Below are positions 26,326-36,702 of a stretch of 46,772 nucleotides of DNA, one piece after another. The notes under the pieces are model-generated. The model saw only the letters and a program-made list of their open reading frames with translations. It searched no databases and had not been told where the DNA came from. Within the stretch, counting starts at the first letter, position 1. Every line of letters starts with the position of its first letter. The translations under genes and the position numbers were made by a program. This stretch comes from a virus. Lineage: Duplodnaviria; Caudoviricetes. The stretch spans positions 1 to 46,772 of IMG/VR virus record IMGVR_UViG_3300034894_000013; one strand, written 5' to 3'.

Positions 26326-26577
26326 TTATTTTACTTCCGGCCACACAACAGTTATCTTTTTACAGTGTGGGCATGTAATTTCTTGCTGGTATAAAAAGCT
26401 ATGAAAATACTCATACGGGCCATTAGGATTGTCTTCCCAAACAGAATCTAAAAGCATAGCGGGATATTTTTCAGGCTCGTTCCAATGCCGATGTTCATAT
26501 TTAGCTTTAAGATCCAATTCCTTTTTATACCATACGAAATCGGATTTCTCTTTAAAAATTATCCTATCGTCTTTCAT
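26326..26577 (-). CDS. Hypothetical protein with CPHC motif
   Basis: AGGAGG RBS. Confidence 0.6.
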   Translation of the reverse strand: MKDDRIIFKEKSDFVWYKKELDLKAKYEHRHWNEPEKYPAMLLDSVWEDNPNGPYEYFHSFLYQQEITCPHCKKITVVWPEVK

Positions 26578-26589
26578 TTCGTTTCCTCC

Positions 26590-27228
26590 TTATATCTTAG
26601 TAGCCGAATCCGGCTCATATCGTATACCACCTCCGCTTTCGAGTACGCCGATACGCTGACGCAATCGCTCGATCTCGAATTCGAGGGCGACAACATAATC
26701 GGATACTCGCCACGAAATAAATTGGGACTCCTGATACTCCTCTCTCGCCTTCACCAACTCCGGCGATTCCAGGATCGGCTGTTTCAATCGCTCGATCTCA
26801 GCTTTTTGTTTTTTTATTATCTCGTTTCGTGTCTCCATCATGTCACAATTTATTTTCCAGTTACCCTTTAGTCGCTCGATTTCTTCCAGGGCGGTTTCGT
26901 ACGTCTCCCCCGATACGTCGCCGTGGGATAGATTTACGGTTCTGTCCAGCTCTGTTTTCAGTCGCTCTATTTCCGCGCGAAGCTGTTTATTCTCGGCAAG
27001 CAATTCGTCACGCATGGCGTTGCCTAATTCTCGAAATTCGCCTTGATTGGCAAACTCTCTATAACTTCTTGCAACAAGCAAGTCCCATTCCCCCACCGCG
27101 CCCGGCTTCGGATCTTCCGGCGCAAACTCCATGCCTTCGGATTCGCAGAATTCGACGAGTTCTTCGATTGACATGTTATAATATTCATGTAACTTCGCAT
27201 CAGTCTTAAATTTACTTTGTGTTACCAT
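26590..27228 (-). CDS. Mosaic coiled-coil protein with four EIERL motifs
   Basis: AEIERLK, EEIERLK, AEIERLK, FEIERLR. Confidence 0.6.
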   Translation of the reverse strand: MVTQSKFKTDAKLHEYYNMSIEELVEFCESEGMEFAPEDPKPGAVGEWDLLVARSYREFANQGEFRELGNAMRDELLAENKQLRAEIERLKTELDRTVNLSHGDVSGETYETALEEIERLKGNWKINCDMMETRNEIIKKQKAEIERLKQPILESPELVKAREEYQESQFISWRVSDYVVALEFEIERLRQRIGVLESGGGIRYEPDSATKI

Positions 27229-27403
27229 TTTCTTGCTCCTTGTTTGGCTTTCCTCTGAAAATTATTGCATCAATTCTGTGATGTTTTTTATTGCAGATCC
27301 CAATATATTTCCTGCCACAATTAGGACACGCTGTAGTTATTTGTCCCTCTGCTACCCATCCCCACTGAAATCCACATCTGCATTTAAAATAGACTTGATT
27401 CAT
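27212..27403 (-). CDS. Zn-ribbon hypothetical protein
   Basis: CRCG...CPNCG; GGAGG RBS. Confidence 0.6.
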   Translation of the reverse strand: MNQVYFKCRCGFQWGWVAEGQITTACPNCGRKYIGICNKKHHRIDAIIFRGKPNKEQENGNTK

Positions 27404-27726
27404 TTCCCCTCCTCCGTTGGATGCGCGAGCGCGTAGCTTACCACCTCTTTCGTGCACATCTCATCACTCAATACATGCGGGACGCATTTCTCATAACACG
27501 GGCAATACATACAACCAAAAGTAGGGTTCCACCATTTTGCCAATGTTCGCAGTGCGCCCCGGTATCGTTCCAACTGTGCCTCCGCATCCTGTATGATACG
27601 TATTCCGTGGATGTTCCCCTCGTCCTCGTAATCGGCGCGTAACGATCCGAGGATATGTTCGATCATATTCTCCGCGCCATTGTTAGGCGGCAATTTGCGC
27701 GCTTCGGCTTCAAGTCGTTCGTTCAT
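27400..27726 (-). CDS. Hypothetical protein with C-terminal Cys cluster
   Basis: ALRTLAK...CMYCPCYEKC...C. Confidence 0.6.
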   Translation of the reverse strand: MNERLEAEARKLPPNNGAENMIEHILGSLRADYEDEGNIHGIRIIQDAEAQLERYRGALRTLAKWWNPTFGCMYCPCYEKCVPHVLSDEMCTKEVVSYALAHPTEEGK

Positions 27727-28085
27727 TTCTTCGCCTCCTGTTTTGCGTAGGCAATAAGGTATTCTTCACATTTTTCAGGATTGCATTTCCTTGAGTAGGA
27801 ATATCCGTGACAGCAAATACAACTACCGTTTGTGTGATATAATTTCGCCAGTACCCGCAGTGCCTTCTTGTGCTGTTCGTGCTCGCGTATCGCCTCGTCG
27901 TTCACGCGCTCGTTCTCTGCTGCAATCTCGTCAATCGTCTTCTTGAGCGCGGCGTTCTCGGCTTCGAGCTTTGCTACTACGGAATCACATTCGTCAATAA
28001 ATTCGTTGACATCATCGATATCAACCGCATTATCTTTTACTCTATTCGACACCAATAATTTTGCTTCGTAATATGCCTCGTTCAT
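27723..28085 (-). CDS. Hypothetical coiled-coil protein with C-terminal Cys cluster
   Basis: ALRVLAK...CICC...KC...KC; strong RBS. Confidence 0.6.
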   Translation of the reverse strand: MNEAYYEAKLLVSNRVKDNAVDIDDVNEFIDECDSVVAKLEAENAALKKTIDEIAAENERVNDEAIREHEQHKKALRVLAKLYHTNGSCICCHGYSYSRKCNPEKCEEYLIAYAKQEAKK

Positions 28086-28348
28086 CCTTTCCTCCTTATC
28101 GCGTCGAGTTCGGACCGTGCAGCTTCCATGTCTTTGCACACTTCACCGCAAGAGTCACAAGACGCGCAATATTCATTCAGCAGCGACTCTATCGCCTCCG
28201 TTTTCACAGGCGCGACCGGTTGCGCAAGGGAATCGATGATTGCACTAACTTCTGAATATCCAATTACCCAATGCTTGAGAGGAATAAAGTAAGTTTGTTT
28301 TCGGATCGCCTCTTTCAGCTTCTCCACATCGATTCGTTTCTCGGTCAT
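28082..28348 (-). CDS. Hypothetical protein
   Basis: GGAGG RBS. Confidence 0.55.
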   Translation of the reverse strand: MTEKRIDVEKLKEAIRKQTYFIPLKHWVIGYSEVSAIIDSLAQPVAPVKTEAIESLLNEYCASCDSCGEVCKDMEAARSELDAIRRKG

Positions 28349-28374
28349 ATCTTTACCACCTCCATTATCGCCTC

Positions 28375-30117
28375 CTAAATAAAATCGAACACGTCGTCTA
28401 AGCTCATCGAGGAAAACTTACTCGCTAAATCTTCCTTGTACCCGTTCAGTTTATAGATTCTTTCCTCTACTGAATTCTTATACAATAAAATCTTATACGT
28501 AACGTTGTTTTTCAATCCTACCCTATGATGTCGATCCTGAAATTGTCTCCAATATTCCGACGATATCGGGATTGTATACACAAACGATAAATCACAAAAT
28601 TGCAGATTCAACCCGTACGCGCCTTTCGAAAGACTAATGCAACAAAAACGCGATTCATTTCTGAATTTATTTTGTATCGTCATTATTTCGTTTTGTTTTG
28701 TTTTTCCATATATTGTTTCTATTGTATATTCTTTTGAAATTATTTCTTTTATTTTTTCTATTTCCGGTACGAAGGAACACCATATCGACGCTTTTTTATC
28801 CGTATCCTCGGACTCTTCGAGAATGTATTCGAGCTTCGGATTGTCATCTATGTATTGCGCCGCCTCTTTGACGAATTCTATTTCCCCGTCTAAATTTATT
28901 TGTCTATTTACCGGTACGAAATTTCCACAGAGTTGCCGGAATCGCGTAAACAAAGCTATTTTTTGGATGACCGACAAACCTTTAGATTTATATTCTACGT
29001 ACAAATCGTGTTTCAATGTGTCGTATATTTTTCTTAACATTGCCGGCATATCGAGCTCAACAATCTGGAAAATCTTTTCTGGTAAATCTAAACAATCTTT
29101 CTTTTTCAATCTTACAATATACGGCTGTACGGTATTCGTAAGTTCATTTACATTTTTAAACCCCACGATCTTATCGAACATTTCCCGTCCTGTGCCGTAT
29201 TTCGTACGTAGACTCCTCAGTGTTTCATAATCAATTTTATTTTTGTATCTCAATAAAACATCGTCGATTGTTTTCGTCGATATTTCGTTTTTAAAAATGC
29301 TCATCGTCAAACAATCAATGTCTTCTCTCATTATTACTCCTCTTGTTTCCGCGATAAAATTATTCAATTCTTCAATGTTTATTTTGAATCTTAATCCGGG
29401 TTTCATAGCCCCAAATTGAGGTTCAAGCGAAGCATACCGCGCCTTGAAAATTCCCCAGTTTTTTATAAGCCGAAACGAGTTGAACGGCAAAAACGTAAAC
29501 ACTTTTTCCCAAAATCCGAATTTCAGAAATTCGAATTGCGCGAAGATATCAAGGACGGTGTTAGTGATTTCCGTACCCGTTAAGATCATCCGGTATTTGT
29601 ATTGATTCCCGAATCGTATCAAGTGTATCGTACGATTCGCGCTCGGGGATTTTATTTTACTAGATTCGTCGATGAGTACAAGCGTCTTTTCCTTATCGAA
29701 TCGCCCGCATAATTCATCTTCGAGATATCGGTTTTTTTTCGATGCCGAAAACGACTCAATATTAATTATGTAAAACCGCAACGACGCTTTCAAAAATTTC
29801 TCGAATTCAAATCCGTATGTACGGGAGCACGAGCGGGTCGATCCCTCCCAAGCATAGACCGACCCGCGAAGCTCCGATAAATCAAGGTGTTCGTCGATTT
29901 GTTGTTTCCACGTCGAGACAAGGACTTTCGGGCATACGATGATTACTGTTGACAGTTTATCGCGCTCGAAAAAATTGACTGCCGTGTATAACGACATTAT
30001 TGTCTTTCCCGTTCCCATTTCAGCGAATAGCGGGCAAAAATAATTATGCAGTAAATTATTTGATGCTGTCTTTATCGCTGTTTTTTGATACTCGAAAGGC
30101 TCGGTTTTACGAATCAC
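28375..30117 (-). CDS. SNF2-like SF2 helicase
   Basis: EMGTGKT, VCPK, IDESSKIK, ILTGT, GAYGLNLQ, QDRHHRVG. Confidence 0.9.
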   Translation of the reverse strand: MIRKTEPFEYQKTAIKTASNNLLHNYFCPLFAEMGTGKTIMSLYTAVNFFERDKLSTVIIVCPKVLVSTWKQQIDEHLDLSELRGSVYAWEGSTRSCSRTYGFEFEKFLKASLRFYIINIESFSASKKNRYLEDELCGRFDKEKTLVLIDESSKIKSPSANRTIHLIRFGNQYKYRMILTGTEITNTVLDIFAQFEFLKFGFWEKVFTFLPFNSFRLIKNWGIFKARYASLEPQFGAMKPGLRFKINIEELNNFIAETRGVIMREDIDCLTMSIFKNEISTKTIDDVLLRYKNKIDYETLRSLRTKYGTGREMFDKIVGFKNVNELTNTVQPYIVRLKKKDCLDLPEKIFQIVELDMPAMLRKIYDTLKHDLYVEYKSKGLSVIQKIALFTRFRQLCGNFVPVNRQINLDGEIEFVKEAAQYIDDNPKLEYILEESEDTDKKASIWCSFVPEIEKIKEIISKEYTIETIYGKTKQNEIMTIQNKFRNESRFCCISLSKGAYGLNLQFCDLSFVYTIPISSEYWRQFQDRHHRVGLKNNVTYKILLYKNSVEERIYKLNGYKEDLASKFSSMSLDDVFDFI

Positions 30118-30120
30118 GAA

Positions 30121-30846
<726 letters not shown>

Positions 30847-30974
30847 TTGGATTCTCCTTTTTTGAAAAAATAACACCCGGACGGTTGATACGGGCTACGT
30901 AACCCATCCGGGCTATAAATCACCGGGCATGACCGGCAATCTAAAAATCATTTTTGCGCCCGCATCTATCTAAG

Positions 30975-31003
30975 ACTATACACCTCGGCGCATAGAAAGT
31001 CAA
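30975..31003 (-). promoter_or_regulatory. sigma70-type promoter
   Basis: TTGACT-17-TATAGT on minus strand. Confidence 0.65.
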
Positions 31004-31011
31004 GTCTTTTT

Positions 31012-31326
31012 TTAAATTATTTTTCTTGGTCTGAATTTTATCGTATCGCCTAAAATTGTTTTCACTATTTTTTTCTGTTCTCCCTTCTCTGCTCTTTTCC
31101 TCGCTTTATCGTACCAATCGCGTATCATTCTTGCCGTAGTTTTCCCACCGTAAATAATTCCGATCGTCAGAAATACAGCCGGTAACATCGACAATATACA
31201 AAACGTTATTATCGACGGACGCACGTATCCGTACAGCGCCGGATTACTCGTGAGGTAAAAAACAAGAAAAATCGACGAGGCGAATATAAGCGGTATCATT
31301 GCCAATGCGATTATTGTGTGTCTCAT
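31012..31326 (-). CDS. Membrane protein (2 TM)
   Basis: Two hydrophobic helices, basic tail. Confidence 0.6.
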   Translation of the reverse strand: MRHTIIALAMIPLIFASSIFLVFYLTSNPALYGYVRPSIITFCILSMLPAVFLTIGIIYGGKTTARMIRDWYDKARKRAEKGEQKKIVKTILGDTIKFRPRKII

Positions 31327-31751
31327 TAATCACAATTCCCCGTGCACAAGATCGCTTTATGGTCTTTTAATACAAAATCATCCACGAAATCTATTTTACC
31401 CGTTATCAAAACCGGCCACCAACCTTCCATCAATTCAGAAACGCGAGAATAATCAAAACGCAATTTAAAATTATAGCTTTTCGTTTGCTCCAATAGAAAC
31501 GAATCAAGCGCTTTTGATAACCGCTCTTGTATTTCTGGATTACTTTCTTTTATTTCGCAGCATCCGAAAGAGCAGTCGTCAAAGCTATCCGGCAACTCAA
31601 ATTTTATGACAAACCCTTCATATTCAGGATGGCGGCAAGCAACACCTCCGCATTGTGCGCTGTATAATATCCCTGTCGGCCAGGAAACTATCAAGCCGTA
31701 ATTATCTTGTATTATGCAATACAAATCAAAACACGGTTTTTTGTTTTTCAT
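31326..31751 (-). CDS. Hypothetical protein, DUF6210-like
   Basis: GLIVSWPTGILYSAQCGGVACRHPEYEG...EGWWPV...NCD, recalled family pattern. Confidence 0.55.
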   Translation of the reverse strand: MKNKKPCFDLYCIIQDNYGLIVSWPTGILYSAQCGGVACRHPEYEGFVIKFELPDSFDDCSFGCCEIKESNPEIQERLSKALDSFLLEQTKSYNFKLRFDYSRVSELMEGWWPVLITGKIDFVDDFVLKDHKAILCTGNCD

Positions 31752-32350
31752 ATTTTTCCTCCTACTACATCCCTCAATAACACGTTTTCATAATTTACCG
31801 GCACACGTTTTATCTTTTCGTCCGCCAACAACTCGATAAAATTTATATCGTTGTCATCGACTATCCCCGAATCCATAACCGTCCTAAATATATGAGGAAT
31901 ACCGCTGCATCGAATACGCATTATTGATTCTACTATTTTTAACCCCACATCGTCTTTCGTCAACAATCCGTATTTTCCCGGCGATGTTTTTATATCCATC
32001 GCGATAAAATCCGGCTTTATTTCCTTTAACCTTTCCGGGAACGTTCCATTCGTATCGATTTTCACCTTGAGACCAAGCGCGTGAATCCTATCCACAATTT
32101 CCGGGATCTCCGGATTCATCATCGGCTCGCCACCGCTCAACACAACGCCACCAAGTACGTTTTTCCGTTTCTCCAGATACGCGAACGCTTCGTCTATCGT
32201 CGATAAATCTTTAGGAAACGGAGGTGTTACGAGTGATGGATTATGACAATACGGGCAACGCAGGTTACATCCGGGGAAAAACAGTATCGCCGCAACCAAA
32301 CCCGGATAGTCGATGAGCGTTACCTTCTGGATTCCACATTTCGAGGTCAT
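31748..32350 (-). CDS. nrdG: Radical SAM protein, anaerobic ribonucleotide reductase activase-like
   Basis: TLIDYPG, GCNLRCPYCHN (CxxxCxxC), GVVLSGGEP, KIDTNG, AMDIK. Confidence 0.85.
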   Translation of the reverse strand: MTSKCGIQKVTLIDYPGLVAAILFFPGCNLRCPYCHNPSLVTPPFPKDLSTIDEAFAYLEKRKNVLGGVVLSGGEPMMNPEIPEIVDRIHALGLKVKIDTNGTFPERLKEIKPDFIAMDIKTSPGKYGLLTKDDVGLKIVESIMRIRCSGIPHIFRTVMDSGIVDDNDINFIELLADEKIKRVPVNYENVLLRDVVGGKI

Positions 32351-34545
32351 GTGAATGACTCCTCTTTATCGTTGTTTTTCAAACGGATGCCGATGAAATA
32401 AATTCGTCTGTCTTCTCCTACGATTTGTTTATACCCTCTTGCTATTATTTTTGGGGTAAAAACATTCGAATGCGTTTTCCTTCCATTCCATCTATCGTAA
32501 GTTTGTAGTAAATCAAGGGATCTTACTTTATACCCTTCTCCAAAATCACAATATTCTGTTAAAAAGTTTTCTATGTCGTCTTGTTCTTTCTGATACTGCG
32601 TAATTGATAATTTTACTTGTTCCGGTTCTTTTATGCCTTCGGATATTGCTTTGTAGTATCCCTCGATAAACCAATTACAAATCCCCTCTTTACCGGATTC
32701 CAGCAGCTTATCGGCAAAACGTAAAATCTTTTTGTCTTCCGGCACACGGTATAAAAACGGAATAAGCTTGATTCTTCTCCAGGCCCCCACGGAGGTATCT
32801 CTGATAATGGGCTTATGGTTTGTCGTTAGAAAGACCGAGCATTTTAATTTGAACTGCTGCGCTCTTTCAAATTTTTGAGCAACGTTGAATTTCGCTTGTT
32901 CTTCAGTAAGGTTTTTTATCAGCGCAACGTTCAAGTGCGCACCCTCTCTTGATTCCGAGCAAAACAACGCGCGAACATTTTTCAATTGCGCAAAATATGT
33001 GTCATTGTTTGCATAACGACTTTCCATTATTTTATCCGCGCCTATCGAATACGTGTATTCTCCGAAAATATCCTGATACACTCCAATCAACTGGCTTTTT
33101 CCGTTTTCCCCCTCCCCCCACAGCATGTAGAATTCTTGTCGGCCTATTTTCCCGCATAGAGCAAAACCCATTATTTTTTGAATGTAATCAATAAGTTCTT
33201 CGTCTCCTAAAAAAGTATCGTGCAAAAACCGTAACCACAGCTCGGATGGTTTTTTATCCGGATCATAATTACACAATGCTTTTTTAGTTTGGTAGTCCTC
33301 TCTTCTATGATCCCTAAAATCTCCTGTAGTGAGATTCAAAACGCCGTTTTCAAAATTCAATAAATCATCGTTCGCGTCGAATTCGTCGGGGGAAACCGAT
33401 ATATAATTCTGCATCGTGTGTATTATTCGTTGTATTCGAGGGTAGCTTTTTTTAATCCCCGTTATGTATTTTTTCAAAACCTCTTTCCCCTGTACGTTGT
33501 ATTTCTCTTTTTCCTTCTCAAACCACGTCTTTATTTTCTCAATCGCCGCCGCTCCATATTTCATAGAGTTGTCGCGCTTCCATATGTTTTTACACCAATG
33601 ATACCAGTCTCTTTGATCCGGACACCATAAGTAATTATTGCTTAATTCGTCGCGCAACCATTCGGCAGACCCAATGTCTGTAAGGGGGTATTTTTTTATT
33701 TTATCGTCTTTTTCGGTTTCTTTGTTTTTGTTTTTTTTAATTTCTTCTTTTTCTTTATATTTGAAAACACTTTTACAAATACTGCATATTTCTTTATATG
33801 GTAATTCAGGATCACATGCACGCTTGTTTTCTTCGTTTACTCTGTCGAGCAATTCACCAATGTCTATTTCTTCGGTGGCGCGAAGATGCCCCGCAAAAGA
33901 TGTTAAATATGAATTTCGTCCGTCGCCGTCTTTCAGTTTTTCGCCTTCCGACCACAACTCAAAACATTTTAAGTCTTTCGCGCCTTCAAATCCTGTATAT
34001 TCGCCGAATAGTTTTTCTTTCGTCGATTTGCAGCCGTCTAAAATACTACGTAATTCCCTCCATTGCTCTTTGGTTAATTCCTGTATTTGTAACGATCCGC
34101 TAAATGTATAAGCACACACATAGTTTCCAATCTTTCTTCCATCTATGCCTTTTCTCGGCGACGCTTTGCCACATTTTGTGTAGTAGTTATCATCAGGTAT
34201 TTTAAAAAAAAGATGCTTCCCCCCTGTTGTCGTCGTGTTGATTATTCCATTATATTTTATCCCCGCTTCTTCGAGTACCTTTTTTCCTTCTGCGACTCCG
34301 TTTATATCTCCGTGTTTGTCAAGGTCGAGTATTTGGTATCCTTCAGGTATTGCGAGGCCGACAAAATTATCAACGGCTTGTTTTAATGATAATCCTTTGT
34401 ATGTGGGGTCTGTAAATCTTTTTACTTTCGGTGATTTAAACGGATGATCCGGCGTAGCTTCTTCTTTATTATAACAAGGAAGTAATTTAAAACCTTTTTG
34501 TATGAAAAAGGTTAAAGCGTTTTCATATTGTATCGGTGTTTTCAA
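32347..34545 (-). CDS. Primase-polymerase / PriCT / D5-P4 family SF3 helicase
   Basis: LDLD and T.TGGKHLFF prim-pol motifs; GRNSYL PriCT; GEGENGKS Walker A; TNHKP, WRR. Confidence 0.92.
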   Translation of the reverse strand: MKTPIQYENALTFFIQKGFKLLPCYNKEEATPDHPFKSPKVKRFTDPTYKGLSLKQAVDNFVGLAIPEGYQILDLDKHGDINGVAEGKKVLEEAGIKYNGIINTTTTGGKHLFFKIPDDNYYTKCGKASPRKGIDGRKIGNYVCAYTFSGSLQIQELTKEQWRELRSILDGCKSTKEKLFGEYTGFEGAKDLKCFELWSEGEKLKDGDGRNSYLTSFAGHLRATEEIDIGELLDRVNEENKRACDPELPYKEICSICKSVFKYKEKEEIKKNKNKETEKDDKIKKYPLTDIGSAEWLRDELSNNYLWCPDQRDWYHWCKNIWKRDNSMKYGAAAIEKIKTWFEKEKEKYNVQGKEVLKKYITGIKKSYPRIQRIIHTMQNYISVSPDEFDANDDLLNFENGVLNLTTGDFRDHRREDYQTKKALCNYDPDKKPSELWLRFLHDTFLGDEELIDYIQKIMGFALCGKIGRQEFYMLWGEGENGKSQLIGVYQDIFGEYTYSIGADKIMESRYANNDTYFAQLKNVRALFCSESREGAHLNVALIKNLTEEQAKFNVAQKFERAQQFKLKCSVFLTTNHKPIIRDTSVGAWRRIKLIPFLYRVPEDKKILRFADKLLESGKEGICNWFIEGYYKAISEGIKEPEQVKLSITQYQKEQDDIENFLTEYCDFGEGYKVRSLDLLQTYDRWNGRKTHSNVFTPKIIARGYKQIVGEDRRIYFIGIRLKNNDKEESFT

Positions 34546-34548
34546 TAG

Positions 34549-34626
34549 TTACTCCTTTATGCTAGTTCGAGAACGGAATCTATATTCTTTATAAAATGTC
34601 TCAATTGCTTTTATTCCTGTCTGCAT
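34549..34626 (-). pseudogene. Truncated remnant of a phage 'IKAIET..Y..RFRSR' nuclease-like gene (25 aa)
   Basis: MQTGIKAIETFYKEYRFRSRTSIKE* with GGAGG RBS. Confidence 0.45.
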
Positions 34627-34661
34627 CCTGTTTTATCCTCCTAAAGTATATAACAAGGGGA

Positions 34662-34690
34662 AGTCTATCACGCACAGGGGAATAAGTCAA
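34662..34690 (-). promoter_or_regulatory. Leftward sigma70-type promoter of replication arm
   Basis: TTGACT-17-TAGACT. Confidence 0.65.
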
Positions 34691-34980
34691 GTTTTTTCTT
34701 AGATTGTTAAAATAAAGCCTGCAAGTACCTGAACCACCGAATATGATTTTATATTATAGAAGAAAAAGTCGTTTTTTCAACTAAACATTAACATGTACTC
34801 TTACAGGTACATGCTTCCGTCTAGTATATATATACAATTAATTAAATTCATACCTACTATCCTGATAAAGGCTGTAAGTTCATAGTACCTGCGTGTTTTT
34901 AGTGCGCGAATATTTTTTTATTTTTAGTTATCTAAAGTACTTCCTTGTTATACAAAATCTCCTCAAAATACAAAAATATG

Positions 34981-35012
34981 ATTTTTAAGTAGCAATAAAA
35001 CTACTTAAAAAT
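34981..35012. repeat. Perfect 12-bp inverted repeat
   Basis: ATTTTTAAGTAG-8nt-CTACTTAAAAAT. Confidence 0.8.
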
Positions 35013-35037
35013 AAAGCGCGTTGTGCAAATAATGTTG

Positions 35038-35067
35038 TTGACAATATAAAGATAATGATGATATACT
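35038..35067 (+). promoter_or_regulatory. Rightward promoter of packaging/structural arm
   Basis: TTGACA-18-TATACT with TGn extension. Confidence 0.7.
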
Positions 35068-35082
35068 ATAGACGGTGAAGAT

Positions 35083-35442
35083 ATGAATACTACTAACAAA
35101 ACGTTAAAAACGGATTCTAAACGGAAAGGCTCAAGTAAGCCTGGGGCATTTCAACCAGGTAATAAATTCGGTAAAGGCCGCCCTAAGACTGGCGAGTCTA
35201 TAGCGGAATTTACTCGCGCCTTTCTCGAAGAAACGGACCCGGAAAAGAAACAGATTCGCCGAACGCTTGTTATACAACGCGCATACGATAACGTTTTTGA
35301 TGATGAGCGAAACGATTCTGAAAAATGGGCGGAGTTTCTTTTTAATCGTGCGTACGGGAAACCTCAAGAGTCTATAGATTTAAAAGCCAACGTCGAATTG
35401 AACTACACTGTCTCCCCACGTAAAAAAGACGAGGACGAATAA
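35083..35442 (+). CDS. Terminase small subunit
   Basis: FQPGNKFGKGRPK, RAYGKP; directly upstream of large terminase. Confidence 0.8.
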   Translation: MNTTNKTLKTDSKRKGSSKPGAFQPGNKFGKGRPKTGESIAEFTRAFLEETDPEKKQIRRTLVIQRAYDNVFDDERNDSEKWAEFLFNRAYGKPQESIDLKANVELNYTVSPRKKDEDE

Positions 35443-36702
35443 TTGTCTATACATATAGACTTTACAGATTTTAATTTATTCGAAAACAAAATCTACAGAA
35501 AATACATCGATGATTTTAGGCGGTATCAGGTTTTCAAAGGAGGTGCTGGAGCTGGAAAATCCGTCTTTGTTTCGGATCGTCTTATATACAACATCGTAAT
35601 TCATAAAGCATACAGTGGCCTCGTTGTTCGCAAGGTAGGCCGCGATAACCACGATTCGACGTTTGCCGAATTGCAGAAATCAATCAACAAACTCGGGTTA
35701 GCCGATCTTTTCATAATTAATCACTCTCGCGGCGCGGAAGAAATAATATGCAAGCTCAATAAAAATAAAATAGTGTTTCGTGGTCTCGATGATGTCGAGA
35801 AAATAAAATCTGTTACTTTTGAAACAGGTGATTTAATATGGGTGTGGTGCGAGGAAGCATCGGAAATATCGGAAGAGGATTTCAATCAACTCGATATACG
35901 TTTGCGCGGTATCTCAGAAACGCCGAAACACATTATACTTTCGTTCAACCCCATAGATATTGATTGTTGGATTAAACCTCGTTTCTTTGACTCTCTGTTA
36001 TCGCCTAACGATGGGTTTATTTGTGAGACGACTTATAAAGATAATTCGTTTATAGATGAGATTTATAAAAAGGTTTTGGAGTCGTACAAAGAAAAAGATT
36101 TTTATTTTTATTCCGTGTACGTGCTTAATCAGTGGGGCGCGAGGACAACGGCGACAGTGTTTCATAATTTTGTCATAGAGGATTTTAACTACAAGGAACG
36201 GGATTTTCAGAATCGACGATTAGGAATGGACTTCGGATACAACCATGCGAACGCGCTTGAGGGAATAGGATATCGTGACGGCGAGCTATATATCTGGTAC
36301 GAGAACTATGCAAAGAACCAATTGAACAACGAGTTTATAAAATCGGTCGACGAATCGGGAATGTCAAAAGACTACAAAATAACCGGTGATAGTGCGGAAC
36401 CGGATAAAATAGCCGAATGGTGTAACGCTGGTTATACGGTATACGGAGCAACGAAAGGACCTGGATCGTTGAAATTCGGGATTGATTATTTGAAACACTT
36501 GCCAAAAATACACATACACAAAACGAAGTGCCCGAATGCTGCTCGGGAGTTTCCGAGGTTCAAATACAAAGAATTGAAAGACGGGACTATACTTGACGAA
36601 TACGTTGAATTGAACGATGATACTATAGCAGCTGTTAGATATGCAACGGAAGAATTTCACGCGGTAAATGAAACAGCGCATTATTTTTTCAAGAGGCGAT
36701 AA
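35443..36702 (+). CDS. Terminase large subunit (PBSX/SPP1-like)
   Basis: GGAGAGKS, GLDDVEKIKS, WCEEASE, SFNP, GMDFGY, DSAEP, NDDTIAAVRY. Confidence 0.95.
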   Translation: MSIHIDFTDFNLFENKIYRKYIDDFRRYQVFKGGAGAGKSVFVSDRLIYNIVIHKAYSGLVVRKVGRDNHDSTFAELQKSINKLGLADLFIINHSRGAEEIICKLNKNKIVFRGLDDVEKIKSVTFETGDLIWVWCEEASEISEEDFNQLDIRLRGISETPKHIILSFNPIDIDCWIKPRFFDSLLSPNDGFICETTYKDNSFIDEIYKKVLESYKEKDFYFYSVYVLNQWGARTTATVFHNFVIEDFNYKERDFQNRRLGMDFGYNHANALEGIGYRDGELYIWYENYAKNQLNNEFIKSVDESGMSKDYKITGDSAEPDKIAEWCNAGYTVYGATKGPGSLKFGIDYLKHLPKIHIHKTKCPNAAREFPRFKYKELKDGTILDEYVELNDDTIAAVRYATEEFHAVNETAHYFFKRR

